Source: Trichinella spiralis
Lineage: Eukaryota
Length of the DNA: 64,000 bases
Reading direction: 5' to 3'
Assembly (NCBI RefSeq): GCF_000181795.1
Contig: NW_003526943.1
Coordinates: forward strand, 188,487-252,486
Numbering within the stretch: the first letter of the stretch is position 1; every line of letters starts with the position of its first letter. Made by a program: the position numbers and the translations under genes. The notes beneath the pieces are model-generated. The model saw only the letters and a program-made list of their open reading frames with translations, was not told the origin of the DNA and made no database searches. This document shows positions 12,061-22,053 of the stretch, piece after piece.

Positions 12061-15000
12061 TGTAGCACCGCTTTCCGTTTATCATGCGCCATAATACGCA
12101 ATGATACTAGAAATGTTTATTACAATAGCAACGTCACAATACTTGCACAATTTACACACCAAAAACTAGCGTTGACCCCTAGTTCTCCATTACTATAGAT
12201 CTTCTTTCTCTAACGTACTATCTCTTCTCACTTGATTTTCCAATCCGGTTTACTGTCTGGTTGCTGTACTGCTATTCACACAAAGAATCCTTCAAATCCT
12301 TTGGGTGGTTTTCTTTTTCTTCGAGCGATGTAGGCGTGTATTTTCCGTTGTAATTTGTTCCGTTGCCTCTGTTCGGTGGGTCCCGTTTCCTGAGTCGTTG
12401 GTTGATGCTGTAAGATGATGTTCGGATATGTAGGCACCACGTACAGTGGATATCTCCACTGTGGACTGTGCGGTCCAATTCTTCTTTTCGATGATGCCAT
12501 TTCCCGTATTTCGTCTTTAGCTGTTGGTTTCTACTGCTCTCGTTCAACATACGGCTTAAATCGATTGTGATGTAAAGTAGTGTGTATTCTTCGAGGGTTC
12601 TGTTCAGATTTTATTCTGTATCCATTGTCTCCGGTCTTTTCAACTACAGTGAAGCTCATTCCAAGTTTTTCCAGCTGCATGTTGCAACTGGCTGTTGCTA
12701 TTGTTTTTTTCACTAGTCAGGTACGTTCTTGTACTGCAGCAACCTTCTGAGAAGTCGTCCTATTTTCATTTAACTGATCCATCAGTTGATGGGATAAACA
12801 ACCCAATTACACTCTCTATTAGGGACTGATTCAAGGCAATGAATAATCGACAAGCAACTGTCCACTACCAACATCTGATTCAATTCGCAGAATCGAAGCA
12901 TACATATCAATGAGAAATTTCACAACATACTCCAGCGCTGGCTTTATCAAAAATACCTTCATTTCTGACGAAGTAGTACTCAGTTGATGTCCAACAGATG
13001 GACAGTCGTTCGTGTCTTTCCGACTTGAAATATTTGACACAAGTTCTGTATCAATCCTGATTCAAAACTGCAACTGTTCTGGGATCCCGAACCTGCAATA
13101 ATAATTCTCCGCCAGCGTCTTTGCAATCGTAGTCGCTTCCATGTTGGGCAGTGCAAACACTTCAGTCCATTTAGTGAAGCAATCGGTGACTGTCAGTATG
13201 TAACGATTACCCATAGCTGTTTTTGTTAGACACCCACCTTCTTCTATGGGATTATCCCGTCAAAATAAATTGCAGTAGGGCTCGCAGTGTTCTTCTAGGA
13301 TTCTTTCTCGCCGCACACGCTTAGCAGGATGCATACCATTTCCGCACGCCTTTCTTTAAGCTAGGCGAATATAATCTTTCATGAATACTTTCCGAGGTAT
13401 GTTTCTCTCCGAAACGGCCAGCGTAAAGACAGTCGTGCAGGGCTTCTGAATGCTTGTGAACGGATCAGTTTTGGGACGACCAACTTGCGTCTCAGATTCA
13501 CTTTGTTTTGCATATCCTCTGAGAAAAACACTCCATCGCTTACGGTACTCGTCGCCACACTGCAATAAGGTCCTTATTTTGATCTTTCGGTGGGTGTACC
13601 GGCCATGTCTTGCTACGTAGTCAGTCTCACCGTTCGAACTTCATCGTCTGCCTCTTGCGCCATAATCGTCGTTCCTCTGAATGGAACTGAAACATCCGGT
13701 TTCTGATGTGCACAGTTTGATTTGAAAAATCAACTTTAACACCATGCTCGATCAAGAAATCATTTTCCAGTAGACAAGAGTGGCCGAGACCGCGCACCAC
13801 CAACGCGGGATGTTTGACTGAAACTTCGCCCAGCTCGATTGTGATCATCGCTGTGCCGATCACGTCCAAGTTTGCAGACGGTGATTTTCCCAGTCCTCTC
13901 ACGCGAAGATTCACGTTCGGGTGGATCTGGACGTCACTGGCATCAGCCACCACGCTCTCTTCGATAATCCAGACCATGGCACCGGTGTCGATAGTTAGCG
14001 AATCACCAGTGTCGGTTACGGCGTTGCTGCCATGAGAATCCGGATTGGGAGCTTGCTGCTTTTCCCCTCTTTGCCCTTCCCTTCAAACCGCTCCCTAGTC
14101 CGAGGGGCTGGCATTTCCCGATCTTCGATCTTGCCGACGTGATGGGCATTCACGGGCGCGATGCCCGCCTTGGCACTTGAAATTTTGCACGCTTCTGCCA
14201 CGCGTCCGCGGCTGCCTACGTAAGCGCCACGCCGCAGTGCCAATGATTGATGACGTAGCTGCTGCCAATTCATTCTCTTGCGCATTGAGATGCCCCACTT
14301 AAAGGCAAGCAAAGATTCGGGCTGATTCCTCATACTCTCGGGAAAATTTAACAGCATCTTGGAAATAGGCAGCAAAATTGAAGGGTAAACAGCAATAACT
14401 GCAGCAGCGGGAGTTGCAGGCCCATAATAAAATTATCCGCAGGGTCGTTTCATTCAAGCTGAGCTTGTAAACTAATCGCTGAAGCTCGTCGGGAAACTCA
14501 GTAACGCTTTCGGTCAACCCTTGTTTCCGCCGTTGAAAGGCTACCCGAAGCAACAGTACGTTCTCTGAATTAGCATAACGCTCTAACAAACACGCGCAAA
14601 TTTCATGAAATGTGCATTCTGCACTTACCCCATAATCAACGAGTCTAGCCAGTACGTCATCACCGACAAACGAGAGGGCAATTCTTGTCCAACGACTTCG
14701 TGCCATCTCACAGTCGATCAGGTAGTTTTTCAAGCGGTCGAGCCAAAGCTTGACATTCATTCTCTGCAGTAAGTGCTGCCGGTGGGCGACAGGGAAACAC
14801 TGATTGTGTTCAATCCCTACGTGGGATTACACTCTCGTTACTGTAACGAGCCGCTCTATCGGGAGGGATCGTTCGTCACCCCAACCGGGTTATTAGGACA
14901 GTCGTCGCTAGGCGACGACGGGCCGTCGTCGACCGGCGGGTTTCTCTGCACGGACGTATCCTCCGCTTGTCTTCTGCCAGCTGGGTTCCCGCTTCTTCCG

Positions 15001-15444
15001 GGTTCGCGCTTTCCTGGTAACATTATCGCAGTCACAAGACAAGTAAGGAACACAGTGTTTATTAGCAACTCCGAACAAAGACCGTCATCCACTTGTCACA
15101 GCAGGATTCCACACTCCAACCAACGCACTACCGTAATCCTCCTTTGATCTTCAAGTATATATCGCTTACGGTAGCTTCATTCTTCTTCCACTTCGTTGTC
15201 TGGACAAATACAGTTGTTACTCAGTCCGTGTCCGCTAAATTACCATTTGCAGCGTCGCCTTCCGTTTATCATCCACCATAACACGCGATGATACTAGAAA
15301 CGTTTATTAATATCAACGTCACAATATTCACACGCACACCAAAAACTAGCATGATCCCAACTTCTCTGTTACTATATATCTTCTCTTTCTACCGTACTAT
15401 CTCACACTTGATTTTCCAATCTGGGTTACTGTCTGGTTGTCACA
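12061..15444 (-). mobile_element. Degenerate Ty3/Gypsy LTR retrotransposon B (gag, CCHC remnant, protease, integrase; RT/RNase H missing)
   Basis: Related ~200-bp LTRs at 12061-~12265 and 15248-15444 with AATG TSD (12057-12060 and 15445-15448). Gag 14760-14299 (MNVKLWLDRL..FQRRKQGLTESVTEF), zinc-knuckle remnant (FKCQGGHRARECP), protease LTIDTGA (~13990) and integrase NRYILTVTDCFTKWTEVFALPN..RFGIPEQ (~13210-13075). Many stops and frameshifts. Confidence 0.9.
14842..15239 (-). mobile_element. Solo LTR 'A' inserted into the PBS of element B
   Basis: TGTAACGAGCCGCTC...GTCCGCTAAA, homologous to the LTR at 20425-20838 (which ends GTCCGCTACA). Perfect TTAC TSD at 14838-14841 and 15240-15243. Confidence 0.85.
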
Positions 15445-15612
15445 AATGCAAGATCGATACAGAACCGTATCCGCGCGACGCATAGTATGACCAACCACAC
15501 AACACCATCGTCTTCCTTCTACTGACTTTTTTCGTCATCCGCTTTCCTATTGTCAGTTAACCTACAAGAAAGTGAACTGATGCGCAGGTACAACTCCTCG
15601 GTCGCCGTCACA

Positions 15613-16260
15613 GTTTGTTTTTCAACATCTGAAGGAAACTGACTAATGCGTTGGTGAACACTTAAGTTGCCATTACTTTCCATTTGTATTTGCAACATTT
15701 CAACTTGTATTTCAAGGATAACAAAATTTTAAACATTCAGGATGAATATCAGCGCTTATGATTTAGCTGATCTGTTGTTGTATTTTAAAATTACTCTATA
15801 TAACAACAGAAGACCAAACAAAATTGGCTCTGTTAAAGTTTTCCCCACCATTGTGCCCATTATCTAACTTATCTCTGCGCTTGCCTCCTTCATATGCTCT
15901 GCCGCCATATTATTACTGTAAATTACCTTCACTGGCATGTATAAAAAAGCATAGATGGATGTTTCAAGAAAATTTTATGATTTAAGTTTGTAAAGATTAA
16001 AGTAAAATTCTTAGAATGGTTGGAAAGTTGGAAACAAGAAAGATTTAAATAGAACACTCACACGGCAAAACTAGAAAATTAATAAGATGTTAATATTTAG
16101 TAGTTGTCACTCCTTGGTTTAGCTGGAAAGCTGCAACTGTGGACAACTTGTCAGGTGTTCATTTTTTCTTTGTATTAAAATCACTATCACCACCAACATA
16201 TGATGTGACAGAGAACATGAACCACTTTTGCCAGAGGCATGAGTAAAAACATGCATAAAA
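15613..16260. repeat. Dispersed repeat Y, copy 2
   Basis: Collinear similarity to 7735-8420. Confidence 0.8.
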
Positions 16261-16800
16261 TTTGTTGAATTCTTCGGTGCATTCTAACGATAGCAATAAT
16301 GTACTAGCTAATACTCGCTATTAATGTGAGCCACATCACAGTGCAGAAACACAAATATCTAACTGAAATAGAGCTTCAGTCCTCTTCTTAAACCTTATTC
16401 TACAAAGTAAAGGAGACCATCATGGTCGCTGCAAGACAAAAGTTTAATATAACCAAAGGGTTGTGATTGCAATTCACCTTTTAATGAAGTTGACCAACAG
16501 CACCTACATTATGCAAATGCTACTATACCGACAACCCGATCGACAACCCTTCCCCGCTGAACCCTCCGTCACGTCCTCAACTGGCAGCAAACGGAAATGC
16601 CATAAATGTATTGGGTATCTACGAAGCTCGGTTCCGTCTAGGCACCGCTGATCAATGTAAGTAATGAATAAATAACGGTACTGCGAATTTTAATAATTAA
16701 GACTGTGTTTTTATACGACTAGATTCAATTACAAAACCCAATTTAAAATTGAATTTTCTACTATTGTTGTATTTACCGTTGTATCTACTAATATTGTACT

Positions 16801-16895
16801 TACCGTTCAACTTATCTTGAAGGTAACTGAAGTGTATACAACAAACATTAGTTGTACAAAACTTTTGTCGTGGAAATCATAACGGTTTCCTAAAC
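16801..16895 (+). ncRNA. Spliced-leader (SL) RNA gene candidate, non-canonical Trichinella-type leader
   Basis: 22-nt leader TACCGTTCAACTTATCTTGAAG followed by the GT donor at 16823. Stem I: TACC(G)TTCAA/TTGAAGGTA, spanning the donor. Stem II: TACAAC/GTTGTA. Sm-like site ACTTTTG at 16861-16867. Stem III: GGAAATC/GGTTTCC (16872-16890). Confidence 0.8.
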
Positions 16896-17149
16896 AGTTA
16901 TTATTCAATAAAAGGACAAACAATTACCACACCCTAGAGAATGTCGTTTTGTCATTTGTCTTTGAGTGCTTGTGAGTTTGCCTAGTTTTTCTACTACACA
17001 ACTGATTTCAGAAAGTAAGTTCTAATCTAAATTCGACACCACAGTTCATACAGAGCAGCACAGTTGCTACTGCTAAGTCAATGAAATAGATTGTGAACAA
17101 TCAGATATATATAACGTTTAGGCTGAAAATGCAAATGAGAACCTGAAAT

Positions 17150-17245
17150 ATACCACCGAATTGGACCAAATCCCTCAATGATTTGGTACAAGATGTAACT
17201 CAGGGTATTGAGCCATAACAAAGAACAGAATAGAAAATGATTCGA
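17150..17245 (-). mobile_element. MULE 5' fragment (inverted copy of 18110-18207)
   Basis: Reverse complement of 18110-18207; translates MAQYPELHLVPNH*GIWSN. Confidence 0.7.
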
Positions 17246-17429
17246 ATAACTCTGGAACGCAAAGCACTGAACTCGAACGCAACACCAAAAATGAAAATAA
17301 ATTGGACAGTTTTGAATTTCATTTCAAATAACCATTTTGCAACAATATTTAGTTTTCATTTCACATTTTATCTACAATCGAAGATCACCTTCTGATATTC
17401 CTTGTGGCACTAATGCCTTCTGTTGATAC

Positions 17430-18099
17430 AAACAGAATAAAATTAATCACACACAAATGGCGCACGAATACTAACATCAAAGAACGGGATGTCCACTGCA
17501 GAGTTAATTCGATGCAGCTTTAACTGCTATTCTGTATCGTGCTGTCCATCGTTTCCTTTCTGCTTTCAAAGTGTATTACACTCATTTATCTGAGTTTTTC
17601 AGATAAATTACGTTTTAGCTGGCAATTAAATAAGATTTATGCATTAGATGCTTTTCCGTTTGTCAGAAAATATTCTGATGATTAGCTAAAGGCGATTGTA
17701 ATACAATGGAAAAATCAACAAGTGATGAATTGTCTACAGCTGCAGTTGTCAGCTAAAACTAGGCATGGCAACTGCTAATTTGTTAGCATTTAAATACTTT
17801 TCTAATTTCACGCTGACTGTTCTCTGAAAATCTTTCCTGATAGCGATCAAAGAATTTTACTTTTAACTTCAGAAAGTTTTCATCTCTTTCATTAGTGTTA
17901 TTGTTTTCCTTCGTATATTTTATTAAAATAAAAAATCTGCAATATTATTTACAAATCAAAAAACAAATTTATTTATATATATGGTGTAAATTGTAAACTT
18001 TTTATTTCAACATCTGAACGAAACCGACTAGTGCGATCGTGAACACTTGCACTGCTATCTGTTATCATTTTCTATTTAGCTACCATTCAATGTATATTT
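17430..18099. repeat. Repeat Z copy 2 joined directly to repeat Y (empty site of the LTR insertion)
   Basis: Z-like sequence runs straight into TAAACTTTTTATTTCAACATCTGAA. Confidence 0.75.
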
Positions 18100-18109
18100 N
18101 NNNNNNNNN

Positions 18110-19221
18110 TTCGAATCATTTTTTCTGTTTCCTTGTTATGGCTGATGTCCCTGAGTTCCTTCTTGTACCAAATGGTTGCGGGATTTGGTCCAATTTCGGG
18201 GGTATGTTGGCCAGGATATATAAATAAAACGTGCCCGCAAACAGAAATATTGGAGATGTTCAAAAGTATGCGCTGAATGTACAGCATGTGTTCCTAGTTA
18301 TTAACAATTACTTTATATTGGTATAGGATAAAGAAGGCTGCGGAGTGCAGTGTGGACAGATTTAGAAGTTCCGGCTGGGATGGATCGAAAAGATCACGTT
18401 GAAACTTGCCGGGTAGATGAGCACATGCCCTATATAGACTGATGGCAACCGTAAAAATTTGGGGTACGGATGGTACATTCAAGGTTGTACCTCAATGATA
18501 TGAATAACATTTTACCATCCATGCCATTGTGGCGAGTAAGCTGGTGCCAGTAGTCTGTTGCTATGTACGGTTAAAGATATTGGCAAATACGAGTTTATTT
18601 TTCAAGCTTCAATAAACAAAGCGGCTGTCTTTAGCCTTTATCCACACACAATAATTTGTAATTTTGAAATCGCCCTGATACCACTTTGTTAATTTCGTTC
18701 ACTGATATGTTGTTTATTATTGTTGTTGTTGCTGTTGGGTAGTGAAAAATAAAAATCACTATTTAACTTGTTTTATGTATTGTTTTTTCTGAATTATTAC
18801 TATCGCATTTCATATAACGTCACTTTGGTACAATAAAATATAGAATAATGATAAAAATTATGTTCGGGAATGCTGATCATGAAAAAGTATAAACTTCACC
18901 ACAAATAATATATTTAAATAAACAAAATTTCAATGAATGACGAAACTTCAAACAGACAATAAAATTTTGGAATAATATTTCCATTATTAATGTTACGTCA
19001 CTATTATTAAAGTTACGTAATCCAAAATGGAATATTTGACCCAATGAAATGAAAAAATGTTACAGTTAATCACAAGGGAAAGATTTGAATCAATGAGCAA
19101 TTAGACAAGGAAAACCAATACGACAAAGACTTGACGGTCCAATAAAATAGCGTGGTCAACGACCAATAAGTGAACAGTGGGACCGAAGGGGAACATAAGT
19201 GGGACCAAGTGGGGACAAATC
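18110..19221 (+). mobile_element. FLYWCH-MULE transposase pseudogene with 3' region (repeat X)
   Basis: MADVPEFLLVPN (18138), KQKYWRCSK, an intron (~18266-18326), DKEGCG..VWTDLEV..DHVETC (FLYWCH), then WGTDGTFKVVPQ*YE*HFTIHAIVASKLVPVV (MULE DDE first-Asp region, ~18460-18560). Stops and frameshifts present. Short GGGACC-type repeats at 19161-19221. Confidence 0.85.
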
Positions 19222-19759
19222 TTTATGTTAATACTATAGAAAGGGCTTAGAGAAACTTAGTCATTTTGGAACTCAAAAAAATGACTAAATATTTGAGTTT
19301 AGTCTCAAAATGTGCCAAATAACGTGCTGCTTATTCACGAATTTTGCAAAATTAAGTCTACACGAAGAAAAACTAAAAATGACGATTTTTAACGTTGATT
19401 TTGTTGCATTTTTTGCCAATAAAAGGCTTTAAAATTATCGAAATTAAAAACACTTAGATGCCATCATATGCAGTATTCTTCATACTATCCAATAAAAGAA
19501 ATTTCATAAAAATTGCACATACTTCCGGCTTTTACACATGTTTTCTAAAGTGGAGTGGACCCCACCCCAACAAACCAACAACGTACCTTTTAATTTTACA
19601 ATGTTCTGTAGACCAAAAAAAATTCTTGGAACATTGCACTTTTTTTAAAAATGTCTTATTGTTTCAAAAGAGATGTCACAAAGCTTTAGACTATAAAAAT
19701 GAAAATTGACAGAATGCGTCGAAAAGAAAACCTCTTGGGGTGTGCTACACCCCAACAAT

Positions 19760-20838
19760 CCATCAAACGGTTAAAGCAGCCGCCTCTTCTTCCGGCAGGT
19801 CGTACAGCCGTCGGTTTCTGCCTTTCCAGCTTCAGGGAAAGCTTGTTCACCAGCTTGTATGAAGGCATCGATTGACTGGGTCAGTTCGGTCTTCTCTGGC
19901 TTTGGATAACCAATGTGCGACTGCCGCCTCTGGTGAAATCTACTTCAGACTGCATGACTTTACTAACCAGTCTCCGAGCTTCGGTAAGGGTTGTCGGTTC
20001 CTGCAACCGGATCACCAGATTCGCCTCCTTTGAGGTTATTCCCCCGGCGATACAAGGTCGCGTTCTGACACGCCGGCTCTGCGTCCAACCTCTGCTACCT
20101 CCTGGGCGTATTGCTCGATGGTTTGGCCTTCACGTTGATGCAGGGCGTGGAACCGCTCGATCAGCCACCCTGTTGACTCCGTTTCTTGAACTCCTCAAAG
20201 GAGTTCTCCTTTGCTTGTCCCGCCGGGTAGAGCTGGCGGCGGAGGACTGAGTTGCAGGTAGCGAGCGACCACGCCGTAGTCAGAGGGCGGAACTCTGCTG
20301 ACGTAGAAGAAGTCTTCCAGCCTCTCCAGCCACTCGACGGGGTTCATCTCTGGGCGAAAAGAAGGGGCGGACTATAGCAGGCGCCCCGGTACATTTCTAG
20401 TGTTATTTCTTGGACAGACCCCAATGTAACGAGCCGCTCTCTCAGAAAGGCTCATTCACCCTGCAATTGCGCTATTAGCACATTCGTCGCTAAGCGACGA
20501 CGAACCGGTGTCGGCCGGTGGGCCTTTCTGCTCAGTCATCTCCCCTTGGCTTCCACTGGCTTTGCTTCCCTTTCTTCCGGCTTCGAGCTTTCCCGATGAC
20601 ACTATAACAATCAAAAGACGGGCAGAGAGTATAGTGTTCATAGGAACTACGAACAAAGACCGTCGACGATGCGTCACAACAAGCTTTCTGAACCAACGAC
20701 AACCACGCTCCTTTCCATCCACCACTCCTGCAATCCACCTCTAATCTTCAAGTCTAAATCCGCTTACGGTAGCTTCATTTTTCTCCCGCTTTGTTGTCTG
20801 GACAAATAGAGTTGTTAGCTTGACCCGCGTCCGCTACA
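19760..20838 (-). mobile_element. Truncated Gypsy element A: 5' LTR (20838-20425), PBS-like TGGGGTCTGTCC, gag fragment
   Basis: LTR has TG..CA ends. Gag begins MNPVEWLERLEDFFYVSRVPPSDYGVVARYL at 20347 and breaks off at RRGGCFN (start of the zinc knuckle, ~19770). Confidence 0.85.
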
Positions 20839-20944
20839 GCTTTTTATTGCGTTGTTGCTTGAAATTCGTGATTTTAATACTAAAATTTTGTTGCCTTTTT
20901 TGCATTAAATTCAGCTCATTTTCTAATGATGAATGAATTAGTTA

Positions 20945-21434
20945 CAGGGATTTGTTGAAATATAAAAATATCGCGAACAATTCTTAGAACGCTGCGATGG
21001 AGTGAACAGGTCTGTTTCATTTGCACAGTTTACTTTTTAAATGATAGATGGCACTGAATTTGAAATTTGCTTGCATGCAGCTACAATCTGGATAATATTG
21101 AATTTTTGGAAAGGCATGTTGGTGAACAATGCGACAAACAAAGTGTCTACATGGAAGCGAATTTGACGTTGCTAAAGTTGTGTCAGCAGAATCTCAACTG
21201 GTACAATGAAACGATCGTCTGTAGTATAATTTTAAAATGCATCATGGCATTGGCGGCTGCTGACATAATATTAACGAAATGTCTTCTCGACGGGTATCTA
21301 GTTTTTTTAGTTATTATATAGTCATCTTTTAATCATTTTGGTAAATTTAAATATTTCAGGTGGAATCTGAATGATTGAAAGCCATTTGCGACAGTTTTGC
21401 ACTGTTGAAAACGTGGAAATTCAAAGAAGCTTGG
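20945..21434 (+). pseudogene. eif-3.K: eIF3k (translation initiation factor 3 subunit K) 5' fragment, intron-containing pseudogene
   Basis: GVNR/YNLDNIEFLERHV..YMEANLTLLKL..IILKCIMAL..DIILTKCLLD..LLKTWKFKEAW resembles the eIF3k N-terminus. In-frame TAA (~20963) and TGA (~21372); no further exons after ~21435. Confidence 0.75.
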
Positions 21435-22053
21435 GTAAAAAAGTTAATTTCAGTTATAATTATTAACTGAAAAGTCATAAAAGTGCAAAAAGTGCCCACT
21501 CAAGTATGAACTACCATCGCCTTTGTCCTAATAAATGAAATTAAAAAATATTTTAGAATAATACTTATTGTTTGTTAAGTGTAAACCCAACGTTTTCACA
21601 CAAGCATATGCGAAGAGCGATACAATTTATTATAACACACTGGTTCCTAAAAGACAACAAAAGTCCATTTCCATGTGAATAAATTTCAACGGCATACTTT
21701 TAGCGGATATAAATATTGAAATCCCAATACTAAAAGTTTTTAAAGTTGAAATTATTGTAAATTCTAGCTATAAAATTGAAATCTTTTGGCGATGCTTTAA
21801 TCAAAAATTTTTAAAACAGTAAATGCCCTATGTATAAACAAAACTAGAATTCAGCTGAAAATCAATGAAATCAATAAATTTGCTTTAACAATGTAATTTA
21901 AACTTTCACAGTAATAAACAGTGCGTGTTGTTTAAACTAAAAACATTTTAATCTTCAAATGTTTTAAAGAATGGTAGTCTAGCAAGTACGCAATACAAAC
22001 TTCTCAGTGTATTGAGAATTTTCCTTCTGTTTAACGCACTTTTCCAATATAAA

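Larger units (their letters stand above)
11980..15612 (-). mobile_element. Solo LTR 'C' (11980-12056 + 15449-15612) split by Gypsy element B
   Basis: TG (11980) ... CA (15612) termini with flanks CTTT/GTTT (degenerate 4-bp TSD). The insertion interrupts the Z-Y junction that is intact at ~17990-18015. Confidence 0.65.

Noticed and set aside
14856..15092. ORFs 14856-15092 and 20456-20725 as gag N-termini of a chimeric element
   Set aside because: Both lie inside LTR A. The TTAC TSD shows the 14.8-15.2 kb copy is an inserted solo LTR, which explains why the downstream gags differ.
16440..16700. GC-richer patch upstream of the SL RNA gene as an LTR or gene
   Set aside because: No clear TG..CA ends, TSD or second copy in the window, and the 62-aa ORF has no motif.
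18470..18491. GGTACATTCAAG|GTTGTACC hairpin as a second SL RNA
   Set aside because: It lies within the MULE DGTFKVVP coding motif and has no Sm site or stem III.
19161..19221. Short GGGACC repeats as a CRISPR-like array
   Set aside because: Eukaryotic context and irregular short units; better explained as MULE subterminal repeats.
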